Assembly (NCBI GenBank): GCA_965231125.1
Contig: OZ246414.1
Location: 384,137-448,136 of the forward strand
Length of the DNA: 64,000 nt
DNA from: an uncultured Gammaproteobacteria bacterium
GTDB taxonomy: Bacteria; Patescibacteriota; Microgenomatia; Woykebacterales; RBG-16-39-9b
Direction: 5' to 3'
A program made the position numbers and the translations under genes. The notes beneath the pieces were generated by a model, which was given only the letters and a program-made list of their open reading frames with translations, was not told the DNA's origin and ran no database searches. Below, piece after piece: positions 44,979 through 55,308 of this stretch (positions are counted from its first letter, which is position 1; each line of letters starts with the position of its first letter).

Positions 44979-46460
44979 ATGAAAAGCTCTACTGTAGAAA
45001 ATCACCTTAAAGATATTTTTTCTCAATCTGTAATATACGGATTTGGGAGTCTAATCCCAAGATTTTTGGGGTTTTTCTTAATTCCAATTTATACGCGGGT
45101 CCTTACGCCAGCCGATTATGGTATTTTGGCTATTGCTAATGTTACCAGCTCAGTGTTAATAAATATTTACCAACTAGGTCAAAATGGCCCTTTAAGAAGA
45201 TTTTATTATGATTTTAGAAGTGATACCAAAAGAAAAAAATATATCGGAACAATTTGGATTTTTGAGTTTCTTGCGGCCTTAGCTTTTTCTTTAATTCTAA
45301 CCTTTTTCGGTAAACCATTGTTTGGCCTCATATTTAAGGACGTCCCTTTCTACCCGTATCTTCTTATCGTTGTGTGGATCGCGTTTTTTTCCACCTTTGA
45401 TTTTTTTCCAAACGTTTTGCTTAGAATGGAAAAGAAGACTCTCTTTTACTCTTTACTTTCTATCTCACGGTTTTTGGTGGACACAATCTTAATAATATTT
45501 TTTGTTGTGATTTTGCGAAAGGGAGTATTAGGGAGTCTTAATGCGACTTTGATCGGAGGTATATTATTTTTCGCCTTCTATATTTATTGGATAAGAAACA
45601 AAATGAAGTTCGCCTTTTTAAGGGAAAAGCTTAAAGAATCGTTGCAGTTCGGTTTACCTTTAGTACCTCATTCAATATCAGCTTGGGCACTCACATTTAT
45701 CGATCGAGTGATGCTAGAGCGGATGACTAACCTTACCCAGGTTGGTCTTTATTCAATTGGGTACAATATGGGATTTATAATCAGTATTGTCGTAAACTCC
45801 ATAAACCTTGCCTGGTCACCTTTTTTTATTGAAACAGTAAAAAAAGAGGGTAAAAAAGCGCCTAAAATATTTTCTCCTCTTATAACGTATTATTTCATAT
45901 TTACCTGCCTTGTGGCACTAGCACTTTCGGTTTTCTCAAGAGATATTGTGATTATTATGACCCAACCTAAGTATTTTGAGGCTTATAAAATCATTCCCAT
46001 AATCGCTTTTAGTTATCTCTTTCAGGGTATGTATTTCATGGCTATCAGTGGGTTATTTCAGGAGAAAAAAACAGGAAAGATTGCTTCAGCGACAACTTTA
46101 ACAGCAGTGTTTAACATTCTTCTAAACTTTGCTTTAATTCCAAGATACGGGATGTTAGGTGCTGCTTGGGCGACATTGGTTTCGTATTTTATCTTCTTTT
46201 TTGTTGCGTATATATTGTCCTTGAAAATTTACCCAATTAACTTTGAATGGATAAAACTTACAAAGGTTTTTGTTCTTAGTATTATTTTGGTAATAGTAGG
46301 CCTTTACATCAACACCTTCTCTCTTTCATTGTGGATTACGATTATAATAAAAATTGTTTTGATTGTGGTATACTTGGTAGGCATAAATTTACTTGGGCTT
46401 GTAAGGGTAAAACAAGTCATGAACTTTTTGGGTTCATACAAATCCCAGTCCATTAAGTAA
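44979..46460 (+). CDS. wzx: Wzx-type oligosaccharide flippase (MOP superfamily polysaccharide biosynthesis protein)
   Basis: The 493-aa ORF has about 12-14 TM helices. Its N-terminal pattern NHLKDIFSQSVIYGFGSLIPRFLGFFLIPIYTRVL is typical of Wzx/RfbX. Confidence 0.7.
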   Translation: MKSSTVENHLKDIFSQSVIYGFGSLIPRFLGFFLIPIYTRVLTPADYGILAIANVTSSVLINIYQLGQNGPLRRFYYDFRSDTKRKKYIGTIWIFEFLAALAFSLILTFFGKPLFGLIFKDVPFYPYLLIVVWIAFFSTFDFFPNVLLRMEKKTLFYSLLSISRFLVDTILIIFFVVILRKGVLGSLNATLIGGILFFAFYIYWIRNKMKFAFLREKLKESLQFGLPLVPHSISAWALTFIDRVMLERMTNLTQVGLYSIGYNMGFIISIVVNSINLAWSPFFIETVKKEGKKAPKIFSPLITYYFIFTCLVALALSVFSRDIVIIMTQPKYFEAYKIIPIIAFSYLFQGMYFMAISGLFQEKKTGKIASATTLTAVFNILLNFALIPRYGMLGAAWATLVSYFIFFFVAYILSLKIYPINFEWIKLTKVFVLSIILVIVGLYINTFSLSLWITIIIKIVLIVVYLVGINLLGLVRVKQVMNFLGSYKSQSIK

Positions 46461-46476
46461 ACAAGGTATTGCATTT

Positions 46477-47187
46477 ATGTTATTCAGCAAGATTAAGCCT
46501 AAATTAGGTAATTTATACAAGAGCCTTATTTTGAAATCTGCAAAAGTGTCAGATGGTCAGGTAAAGAAAAGAGATGAACTTATCCAATATTGGAGTGACC
46601 CTTGGGATGGTAGTAATTTGGCTTCGTCTTATGCCAAGACAAAAGGAGGTCCGCTAGAGGCTTCAAGATCTAGAAGAAGTAAATTTTTAAAAAATTTACT
46701 AAACAAATATGTTACATCAAATTCTAACATTCTGGAGATTGGATGCAACGTTGGTAGAAATTTAAATGAACTTTTTTCTTCAGGTTTTAAAAACCTAAGC
46801 GGCATCGAAATTAGTAAAAAAGCTTTGGAGTTAATGAAACACCATTATCCTGAGATGGTTAAAGGTTCTAGAATGTATAATAAACCGGTTGAGAGTGTGA
46901 TAAAAGATTTTAAGGATGGAGAATTTGATGTTGTATTCACGATGGCTGTTCTTCAACACATACATCCCGATAGTGAATTTATATTTCCAGAGATGGTTAG
47001 AACAACAAAAAAATTTATAATCACAATTGAGGACGAGAAGCAAAGCTCATGGAGGCACTTTCCTCGAAACTATAAAAAGGTATTTGAAACTATAGGTATG
47101 AAGCAAGTTGAAGAAAAAATTTGTGATTTTGATGTAGATGGTTTGAACCATAATTTTGTGGCAAGAATATTTGAAAAGTCCGCTTAG
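46477..47187 (+). CDS. Class I SAM-dependent methyltransferase
   Basis: ILEIGCNVGRNL is motif I. Motif II FDVVFT follows. The protein is 236 aa. Confidence 0.7.
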   Translation: MLFSKIKPKLGNLYKSLILKSAKVSDGQVKKRDELIQYWSDPWDGSNLASSYAKTKGGPLEASRSRRSKFLKNLLNKYVTSNSNILEIGCNVGRNLNELFSSGFKNLSGIEISKKALELMKHHYPEMVKGSRMYNKPVESVIKDFKDGEFDVVFTMAVLQHIHPDSEFIFPEMVRTTKKFIITIEDEKQSSWRHFPRNYKKVFETIGMKQVEEKICDFDVDGLNHNFVARIFEKSA

Positions 47188-47289
47188 ACCTATGATGACT
47201 TATCCTATTAAAGTCTGCTGTTTTTAAGGAGTTTCTTCCTTGTCAAACTTAGAATTATTAACCGTTATGGTGTATTAAGATGCTCATTT

Positions 47290-48453
47290 ATGACTAAATT
47301 GAAGGTAAATATGAAAAAGGTTTGTTCGATACTTGGTAATCCTTTTACAAATGATGGTAGAGTCTACCGTGAAGCTAAATCCTTGGCTAAAGGTGGTTAT
47401 AATGTAGTGGTTTATGCAACGAACCCCGAGAGAAATTTACCCCCACTGGAAAAAATCGATGGGTTTATAGTTAAGAGACCGGCGATAAAAAAGTATTCGC
47501 CTCACTTTATACCTTCGCGTATGTTAGGGTTTATTAAAGGACTGACTAAGTTAGTAGCTGAGAAAGCAGACGTTTATCATGCTAACGATAGAGATACTCT
47601 TCTCGCTGGGTTCTTAGCAAAGAAGATAACAGGGGCAAAACTTGTGTATGATTCTCATGAATTTTGGCCAGACAGAAGAGATTCAGTAAAAAACCGCAAC
47701 AAATTGATGAATTTTTTTAAGAACTTTCAAGAAAGTGCTTTTATAAAGTCAGCTGATTTGGTTATAACCGTTAACGATTCTATTGCTGACGCGCTGAAAG
47801 AACTTTATAAAATAAGAAGACCTACTGTCATTAAAAATTTTCCTGAGTCTACTGATGTTAAAAAATATGATCTTTTTAGGAAGGAATTCAAAGATATTGG
47901 AACGAGAAAAATTGTATTGTACCGGGGACGTTGGACTAGAGAACACGGGGTAGAAAAGTTGCTTGAGGCGGCAAAATTACTGAGTGATGGTCTTGTAATA
48001 GTTTTTCTCGGAAACGACGAGTTAGATGGATATTTGCAAGATTTTGTTAATAAAAATAATCTTAAAAACAAAGTTTTTTTCCATAACATAGTCCCGCTTA
48101 AAGATGTTTATGCCTATACTTCATCGGCCGATATTGGTATAATACCTTTGCTCAATGTATCACTTCAGAATTATTACAACCTTCCAAACAAAATTTTTGA
48201 ATATATAAATGCGGGTTTAGCTGTTGCTACGGTGGATTTTCCGGAACTACATAAGGTTGTTGATGAATCTAAAGCAGGAGTAGTTTTTAATTCGGAAAAA
48301 CCAGAGGAAATTGCAAGATCCTTAAACAAAATGATTGAGGACGAAGATTACTTAAAGAAACTTCAGGAAAATGCTGCGAGGTCCAAGTCTAAGTTTCAAT
48401 GGGAATCGGAAGGTGAGAAACTTGTAGAAGCGTATAAAAAGCTCGCAAACTAA
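47290..48453 (+). CDS. GT4-family glycosyltransferase
   Basis: The protein has a GT-B fold. The C-terminal domain carries the E-x7-E-like region ...FEYINAGLAVATVDFPEL. Confidence 0.75.
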   Translation: MTKLKVNMKKVCSILGNPFTNDGRVYREAKSLAKGGYNVVVYATNPERNLPPLEKIDGFIVKRPAIKKYSPHFIPSRMLGFIKGLTKLVAEKADVYHANDRDTLLAGFLAKKITGAKLVYDSHEFWPDRRDSVKNRNKLMNFFKNFQESAFIKSADLVITVNDSIADALKELYKIRRPTVIKNFPESTDVKKYDLFRKEFKDIGTRKIVLYRGRWTREHGVEKLLEAAKLLSDGLVIVFLGNDELDGYLQDFVNKNNLKNKVFFHNIVPLKDVYAYTSSADIGIIPLLNVSLQNYYNLPNKIFEYINAGLAVATVDFPELHKVVDESKAGVVFNSEKPEEIARSLNKMIEDEDYLKKLQENAARSKSKFQWESEGEKLVEAYKKLAN

Positions 48454-48455
48454 AA

Positions 48456-49970
48456 ATGCCTGAAAAAATATTGAGTCGTATTAATAGAAATAAAACAATT
48501 AAGCTGGTTTTTGAGAAGTCAGAGAAATTCGGCAAAAGGTGGGAAAAGGGATTTGCAATTTTAATACCTCTTGCGATTTTCTCTCTTACTATAGAAGTGT
48601 CGGAGACACTATTTAATATCCATTTATTAGGGAGTCAATTCCGGATAGTGGATGTTGGTCGGATCTTGATGTTCTTCGTAATTACCGGGTTTTTGTTATC
48701 AGCGCCTTACCAGCTTAAAAAAAGAAAAATAAGAGCAAATTTCTTTGGATATTTAATTTTGGCTTTGATTTTGCTTATACTAATTTCTTTTGCACTACAC
48801 CCTTCTTTGGCTGGACTTAGAGTTTTGATAAAGATTTCGTTTTTTGTTGCATTTGGAATCTCTCTACTTTATTTACTCGAAAAAAAGACAATAGAAAATA
48901 TCTGGAAGATGTTCACTCTTGGTGGATTGTTATTATCGGTGGTTACCATAATTCAATACATCACCGGGTTTTATTTTTGGTATCCAGCATACGATGATTC
49001 ATATCTTGGTGGATTTCGAAGGATTAATGCTACTTTCAAAGATCCAAATTTTTTTGCAACCTTCTTGATTTACACAATTCTATTCTCAATAACCTTGTTT
49101 TTGACATCAAAAAAAGATGATCCCTTTAAGAAGGTTTCCTTAGTCGCTCTGTTTTTAGAAACAATTGCCATATACCTCACTTTTTCCAGAGGAGCTGTTT
49201 TTGTTCTGTATCTTGTTCTAGCGATATTCTTGTTAACCCTTTGGTTAACAAAACAACCAAAATCTAAGTTAATTGCCGTGACACTTATATTTGTAATAAC
49301 GTCGGTTTCACTAATAACTTTCGAGAGGAATGTTAGAGATAGAATGCTTGATGTTGGAAGGCGAATAGGATCTTTGGCAAGTCTTAATGAAGAGGATTTG
49401 ATAGTGTTAAACAACCCTTCTTCGGGAGGGAACGGGAAAAGTAAGTTAAGCGCTAGGTATAAGAATCAAATAGAAAAAATTGTCTATGCTCTGCCGTTGA
49501 ATGAAGGAAGAAAGTATTTAATATCATCTGGCATTGCTATGATGATTGACAATCCTTTTGGAGTTGGAGTAGGGAATTATCGTCATGCCCTTTTAAGTGA
49601 TTATTTTGATTATATTCCAAAATCTGTTATTCGCAAATCGCAAGATACACCGGTTTCTTTGTCTCATACTAGCTTCATAACTTTGGGAGCTGAATTAGGA
49701 TTTCTTGGTATTGTTTGGCTTACCGTTTTCGTGGTTACTTTACTGATGCATCTTCTTAGATTGTTAAAATCAAATCTTGGGTTATATGACAGGTTTTTTG
49801 CGCTCTCAATATTATTTTCTCTATTTGCACTTATAATTCACACTCAGCTCCGAGGAGCTTTAATTGATGATACATTTTTCTGGATATTAACATTTCTCTT
49901 TTTGCACTGTCTGAATTGGGTTTATAAAGGATCAGCTAATGAAGGTTTGTCTACTCGCGGCAGCAAATAG
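48456..49970 (+). CDS. Wzy-type O-antigen/oligosaccharide polymerase or ligase family membrane protein
   Basis: The 504-aa ORF has about 10-12 TM helices and a periplasmic loop between late helices. It sits within the GT cluster next to wzx. Confidence 0.5.
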   Translation: MPEKILSRINRNKTIKLVFEKSEKFGKRWEKGFAILIPLAIFSLTIEVSETLFNIHLLGSQFRIVDVGRILMFFVITGFLLSAPYQLKKRKIRANFFGYLILALILLILISFALHPSLAGLRVLIKISFFVAFGISLLYLLEKKTIENIWKMFTLGGLLLSVVTIIQYITGFYFWYPAYDDSYLGGFRRINATFKDPNFFATFLIYTILFSITLFLTSKKDDPFKKVSLVALFLETIAIYLTFSRGAVFVLYLVLAIFLLTLWLTKQPKSKLIAVTLIFVITSVSLITFERNVRDRMLDVGRRIGSLASLNEEDLIVLNNPSSGGNGKSKLSARYKNQIEKIVYALPLNEGRKYLISSGIAMMIDNPFGVGVGNYRHALLSDYFDYIPKSVIRKSQDTPVSLSHTSFITLGAELGFLGIVWLTVFVVTLLMHLLRLLKSNLGLYDRFFALSILFSLFALIIHTQLRGALIDDTFFWILTFLFLHCLNWVYKGSANEGLSTRGSK

Positions 49971-50994
49971 CTCACATACCATAAAGTGGGCTCGGCTTTT
50001 TAAAGATCATGGTGTCGATGTGTATGTGTTAAGTCTGGTACCTGGGATGATCAATGAAGTTGAGGTGGTTGATCTCAGACCATCAAGACTGCCCTTTAAG
50101 CTGGGTTATTTAACAACCGTTAACAAAATAAAAAAAACTTTAGAAGAAATAAAACCAGATATTCTTCACGCTCACTATGCTTCCAGCTACGGTCTTTTAG
50201 GAGCACTTTCCGGCTTTCACCCATTTATAGTTTCTGTTTGGGGGTCGGATGTATTTAGTTTTCCGAACAAAAGTCCGATACACAGAAGTCTACTAAGATA
50301 TTCTTTAGGTAAGGCTGACGCAATAACTTCCTCCAGCCAGGTAATGGCGCAGGAGACAAAAAAGTTTGTAAAAAACGCACCTATCGACATTATTCCTTTT
50401 GGTGTTGATACACATCTGTTTAATCCTTCTCCTGATTCAAAAGGTGGGGTTTTTAAAATTGGCACAGCTAGGTCATTAAAAGAAATTTACGGTTTGGAAT
50501 ATCTGATAAAGGCTTTTGCCAAAATTGCCGGTGAAATATCTTCATCAAAACTAGAGATTGTTGGGGAAGGCCCGTTAAAAGACAAATTGGTTTCTTTGGC
50601 CAGTAGTTTGGGAATCAAAAGTAAGGTAGATTTTTTAGGTTATGTCGAGCAGGAGGGTTTAGCAAAACTTTTAGGAGGTTGGAGCGTGGCCGTGCTGCCA
50701 TCAATAAGAGAATCCTTCGGGGTTTTTGCACTTGAGGCATCCTCATCCGGTTTACCAGTTGTAGCGTCTAGAGTTGGTGGGCTTGTTGAGACTGTTCTCG
50801 ATGGAAAGACTGGTTTTCTTGTTGAACCAAAGAATGTAGATGAACTTGCCAATAAACTTTTGCAACTTTATAAAGACAATGCTCTTAGAGAAAAACTGGG
50901 CAAAGCTGGTAGGGAGTTTGTTGTTCAAAATTACGATTGGGAAAAGGCTGCTCCGAAAATGTTAGAGGTTTACGAGAGGGTTCTAAAGAAATGA
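49939..50994 (+). CDS. GT4-family glycosyltransferase
   Basis: The protein has a GT-B fold. The region ...VLPSIRESFGVFALEASSSGLPVVASRVGGLVE is the typical EX7E region. Confidence 0.8.
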   Translation: MKVCLLAAANSSHTIKWARLFKDHGVDVYVLSLVPGMINEVEVVDLRPSRLPFKLGYLTTVNKIKKTLEEIKPDILHAHYASSYGLLGALSGFHPFIVSVWGSDVFSFPNKSPIHRSLLRYSLGKADAITSSSQVMAQETKKFVKNAPIDIIPFGVDTHLFNPSPDSKGGVFKIGTARSLKEIYGLEYLIKAFAKIAGEISSSKLEIVGEGPLKDKLVSLASSLGIKSKVDFLGYVEQEGLAKLLGGWSVAVLPSIRESFGVFALEASSSGLPVVASRVGGLVETVLDGKTGFLVEPKNVDELANKLLQLYKDNALREKLGKAGREFVVQNYDWEKAAPKMLEVYERVLKK

Positions 50995-52232
50995 AGATTT
51001 TAATTATCAGCCAATACTTCTACCCAGAATCTGGTGCGGCAAGTGCGAGAGCCTATTTTTTTGCCAAGTATTTAAAGAGTTTTGGCCACGAAGTGACGGT
51101 TTTATGCGCTTCGCCGAATTATCCGCATGGGAATATTTACGACGGGTACAAAAATGCTAGAAGGGAAGAATACGTCGATGGTATTAGGGTTAAAAGAACA
51201 TTAATTTTCCCCACAAAATACACTGGAGCCCTTAGACGATTTTTAAACTACCTAAGTTTTTCCGCATCCTCATCGACCGAGCTCTTCCGCAATGAGGATT
51301 ATGATGTTGTTTTGGCGAGTTCCCCGCCAATTTTTGTTTTTGCAATTGGACTGCTCGCCAAAAAACTAAAAAAAAGCCCTTTGGTTGTTGATATTAGAGA
51401 TGTTTGGCCTGGTGTTTTGGTAGATACGGGCAGCTTAAAGTTTGGGCCAGCAATATCTATCTTGGAGGCTTTAGAAGGAAGAGCTTACAAAAGTGCGTCA
51501 AAAATTGCAACCGTTAACGAAGAAACCAAGGATTTGATTTTACGCAACAATAGCTTTTTAGATTCTAAAAAATTGGACGTTGTTTTTAACGGAGTTGACG
51601 TAGAATCGTTCGATAAACTTGTTGAAAAAAAGGCGAAGTTTAGCGTAAACAAAAATTCAAACGAAATCATGTTTGCGTATCTGGGAACTATAGGAGAACA
51701 GCAAAGCATTTTAACTTTTGGCCAGGCGATAAAGCTTGTGTCAAAAAGAGCTCCCGATATTCGGTTCATTATTATTGGTGATGGTTCGAAAAAAGAATCT
51801 TTGGTCGACGCGTTAAAAGACTTAAAAAACGTACAGATAGAGGGTTCAATGAAGTACGAGGAAGTCTTACCAATATTAAAAAACATTGATGTTGGACTCG
51901 TGCTTGTTAGGAAAAGCCGGTATCTGGACAACACCTATCCAGTAAAATCATTTGACTATATGGCGGCTGGTAAGCCGATTTTAGTAAGTGGCAGTTTGGC
52001 GATGAAAAGTTTGATTGATAAAGAAAAATTTGGTTTTTGGGTGCCTGCGGAAGAACCTGAAGCATTAGCGTCCAAAATAGTAGAAATTTCTAAAATGCCT
52101 AAAGAGACTCTTGAAGAAATGGGAAACCGAGGTAGGAAGCTGGTTGAAGGTCAGTTCAATCGAGAGAAACAAGCGCAGAAGTTAGAAAAGATTTTGAAGG
52201 AAATTGTAAAAAAGAGGGAAAATGGTCCATAA
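50991..52232 (+). CDS. GT4-family glycosyltransferase (WbuB-like)
   Basis: The ATG at 50991 overlaps the upstream TGA (ATGA). The N-terminus is MKILIISQYFYPESGAASARAYFFAKYL. The track ORF begins earlier, at 50937. Confidence 0.75.
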   Translation: MKILIISQYFYPESGAASARAYFFAKYLKSFGHEVTVLCASPNYPHGNIYDGYKNARREEYVDGIRVKRTLIFPTKYTGALRRFLNYLSFSASSSTELFRNEDYDVVLASSPPIFVFAIGLLAKKLKKSPLVVDIRDVWPGVLVDTGSLKFGPAISILEALEGRAYKSASKIATVNEETKDLILRNNSFLDSKKLDVVFNGVDVESFDKLVEKKAKFSVNKNSNEIMFAYLGTIGEQQSILTFGQAIKLVSKRAPDIRFIIIGDGSKKESLVDALKDLKNVQIEGSMKYEEVLPILKNIDVGLVLVRKSRYLDNTYPVKSFDYMAAGKPILVSGSLAMKSLIDKEKFGFWVPAEEPEALASKIVEISKMPKETLEEMGNRGRKLVEGQFNREKQAQKLEKILKEIVKKRENGP

Positions 52233-52261
52233 ACTTTACTGTATCCTATATAATAAGTAGT

Positions 52262-53227
52262 ATGAAAGCTTTAGTTACTGGAGGAGCCGGTTTCATTGGC
52301 TCGCATATAGTCGACAGATTAGTAGACGAAGGGTTCGATGTCGTCGTTATCGATAATCTTACGTTTGGTTTCAAAAGAAATCTCAACCCTAAGGCGAAAT
52401 TTTATGAGGTGGATATTAGAGATGCAAGGGTGGACGAAATTTTCTGGAAGGAAAAGCCAGATTATGTTTTTCATCAAGCCGCTCAAATAGATCTTGGTAC
52501 TTCGCTGCGAAACCCAATTTTTGATGCCGACGTTAATCTTATTGGGGCACTGCGACTTTTTGAGAATTGTGTTCAGAATGGAGTTAAAAAAATAGTTGTG
52601 GCTTCCAGCGCGGCAGTTTACGGAGAACCAAGGCAGCTTCCTACACCGGAAGATACAACTAAAATTCCGGCCATTCCCTATGCTTTTGGCAAACTGGCAC
52701 TGGAGCATTATGCCGATTTTTACTCCCGTGTTTACAATCTTGGTGTGGCGGTATTGCGCTATTCGAATGTCTACGGTCCGCGGCAATCTTCCCCAGGTGA
52801 AGGGGTAGTGGTCCAAAAACTTATCGAAAAATACTTATCTGACGAGGAACCAACTATTTACGGCGATGGGAACCAAACCCGCGACTTTGTTTTTGTATCC
52901 GATGTTGTTGAAGCAAATTTACTCTCAATAAAGAACGAAACTTTAACACCAATTAATATAGCCACATCAACAGAAACTACTATAAATGAACTTGCAGAAA
53001 AAATAGCTAAAACCCTTGGTAAGAAAACCAAACCTAAACACGAACCAGCCAAACTACACGAAGTTTACCGAAGTTCCCTTGATAATAGTCTAGCCAAGCG
53101 AGTGCTTGGTTGGGAGCCTAAAGTCAACCTTGATAAAGGGTTGAAAATTATAGTTTCCGCCTCAATGGGACGGAAGAGGCAGGTTAAAGACTTAGCAAAG
53201 AGAGAGAAACTCAAAAAGAGTGCATGA
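52262..53227 (+). CDS. NAD-dependent epimerase/dehydratase (SDR-family sugar-nucleotide epimerase)
   Basis: MKALVTGGAGFIGSHIVDRL is the Rossmann motif. The YAFGK region is Y-x3-K-like. Confidence 0.75.
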   Translation: MKALVTGGAGFIGSHIVDRLVDEGFDVVVIDNLTFGFKRNLNPKAKFYEVDIRDARVDEIFWKEKPDYVFHQAAQIDLGTSLRNPIFDADVNLIGALRLFENCVQNGVKKIVVASSAAVYGEPRQLPTPEDTTKIPAIPYAFGKLALEHYADFYSRVYNLGVAVLRYSNVYGPRQSSPGEGVVVQKLIEKYLSDEEPTIYGDGNQTRDFVFVSDVVEANLLSIKNETLTPINIATSTETTINELAEKIAKTLGKKTKPKHEPAKLHEVYRSSLDNSLAKRVLGWEPKVNLDKGLKIIVSASMGRKRQVKDLAKREKLKKSA

Positions 53228-54354
53228 AGATTGTACTTGACGCGAGAATCCTTGGCAGCGAAGGAGCCGGGGTCGGTAAGTACGTTGATAAGCTTTTAAC
53301 AAATCTTGCGGATCTAGACAGGGAAAACGATTACGTAGTTATCTTACGGGCTGCAAACTACCACTTCTTTAACCCCGGCTCAGGCAACTTTAGAAAAGTT
53401 TTACTTGATGCTCATTGGTACTCTTTTAAAGAACAACTCCTTTTACCGCCTCTTTTGATTAAAGAAAAGCCGGACCTAGTTCACTTCCCCCACTTTAATG
53501 TTCCGCTATTTTGGCGAGGTAAATTTGTAGTCACAATCCACGATTTAACTTTAACTAAATACGGTAGGGAAATTTCTAAAAGCCGCCTTTATCCTGCCTA
53601 TCTAGCAAAAAAAGCCGCTTACGAGGCGACCTTGAGGAGAGCAGTAGCCTCCTCAAAGAAAATTATCACTCCAAGCAACTTCGTTAAAAAAGAACTGGCG
53701 AAGGTTCTTAAAGTACCAAAAGAAAAAATTGTTGTTACTCATGAAGCTACCAGCGATATCTTTCTGGAGTATAGAGAACGTGAGATTTCCGAAGGCGAGA
53801 AAAGGAAAGTTTTAGCCACCTATGGAATCCGCCAACCTTTTATTTTGACTGTCGGAAATTCCTATCCGTACAAAAACTTCGAAGGGGTGCTGACGGCTCT
53901 TGAGATTTTACCAAAAAATTTGAGTGTTGTGCATGTCTCAAAAAAAGATTACTTTGGCGTCCGACTTTTGGACAAAGCCAAAGATCTTGGTCTTGAGAAT
54001 AGGTTCACACTTACCGGTTTAATACTGGACGAAAACCTGATCACTCTTTACAAACTAGCCGAAGCCTTTGTTTTTCCTTCCCTTTCCGAGGGTTTTGGTT
54101 TGCCGGGGCTTGAGGCAATGGCAGTGGGTACGCCTGTTGTTTGTTCCGATATCGAAGTCTTCAAAGAGGTTTATGGTGATGCCGCTGCCTATTTTGATCC
54201 TAAAAATGCAAAAGACTTGGCCAGTAAAATTGAATTTATAATGAAGAATGCAGAATTTAGAATTAATCTAACAAAAAAGGGACTCGAGCAGGTTAAAAAA
54301 TATTCTTGGAAAAAAATGGCCGAAGAAACCCTAAAGGTTTATGAATCTGTTTAA
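53224..54354 (+). CDS. GT4-family glycosyltransferase
   Basis: The protein has a GT-B fold. The characteristic region is ...FVFPSLSEGFGLPGLEAMAVGTPVVCSDI. Confidence 0.8.
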   Translation: MKIVLDARILGSEGAGVGKYVDKLLTNLADLDRENDYVVILRAANYHFFNPGSGNFRKVLLDAHWYSFKEQLLLPPLLIKEKPDLVHFPHFNVPLFWRGKFVVTIHDLTLTKYGREISKSRLYPAYLAKKAAYEATLRRAVASSKKIITPSNFVKKELAKVLKVPKEKIVVTHEATSDIFLEYREREISEGEKRKVLATYGIRQPFILTVGNSYPYKNFEGVLTALEILPKNLSVVHVSKKDYFGVRLLDKAKDLGLENRFTLTGLILDENLITLYKLAEAFVFPSLSEGFGLPGLEAMAVGTPVVCSDIEVFKEVYGDAAAYFDPKNAKDLASKIEFIMKNAEFRINLTKKGLEQVKKYSWKKMAEETLKVYESV

Positions 54355-54378
54355 AAAAGTTAGCTTCTCCAACCTGAG

Positions 54379-55125
54379 CTAAGTCGAAGGGAGGAATTTG
54401 AAGGTTGAGAGGATTTTTTGGTACAATTCAAAATCTTCAATTTCGGCTTTCTTTTCCTTCTCAGTTGGATTGTCACCCATACTGGTGTTCACTTCTATCC
54501 TAACAATCCTACTTCCATTGGTAGAACCGAGATAGCAATCAGATAACATTTGCTTATATTTATCTTCTTCGGTAACACAAACTCCAGTAGCATTATTAAT
54601 AGTAACATTCTTAAATTTTACATCCCCATTAAGGTTTATTTCTGCATCAAATGCTTCTTTTCCACTAGTTACCCCTGTAGTTTTTCTATCTATCGTACCC
54701 ATTGGAGGACCACCTTGTCGCTTTAATAGACTTTGCGAAGTTGCAAAGCCAACGTTCCCTTTAACATCTAAATTAAATACGACACTATCCGCTGGATATT
54801 TAAAAGAAAAACCTTGTTTCCCACTTATTAAAGTTTTCCAACCTTCTGTTTCATCTTTTTTGGCAGATGGGGTGGCGGAGGTTGTGGCGGTTTTGGCGCT
54901 TGGAGTGGAAACCTTTATGGGCGCGGTGTTAACGTTACTCGCCGACTTATTAATAACCAAGTACCAATAGGCTCCGCCAATAACTCCTACGACTACTAGG
55001 ATGATAACAACAGTTAAAATTACTTTTGACCAAGAAAACCCTCCTTTTGTAGTATTAACTACTTGGGGTGGGGGATTTTGTGGTTGTGGCGGCGGCGCCG
55101 TATTTACAGGAGCAGTTGGATCCAT
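54379..55125 (-). CDS. Hypothetical secreted/membrane-anchored protein with a Pro-rich N-terminus
   Basis: The N-terminus is MDPTAPVNTAPPPQPQNPPPQ, followed by a TM helix and a ~170-aa domain. I recognised no family. Confidence 0.45.
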   Translation of the reverse strand: MDPTAPVNTAPPPQPQNPPPQVVNTTKGGFSWSKVILTVVIILVVVGVIGGAYWYLVINKSASNVNTAPIKVSTPSAKTATTSATPSAKKDETEGWKTLISGKQGFSFKYPADSVVFNLDVKGNVGFATSQSLLKRQGGPPMGTIDRKTTGVTSGKEAFDAEINLNGDVKFKNVTINNATGVCVTEEDKYKQMLSDCYLGSTNGSRIVRIEVNTSMGDNPTEKEKKAEIEDFELYQKILSTFKFLPST

Positions 55126-55308
55126 TAGCCAAATTTTCTCATTTCTTCCACCAAAAAGTCAAGATTCCTCTCCTTAGTACATTATATTAATATATTGTAC
55201 TGAGAACTTTTGAAACTACAATTCACCAATATATCTAATTTCCTTTGTTGTATAATGCACGCACCACATGACAGGCATTGTGCTAATAGAATATAATTCC
55301 CTTTATCT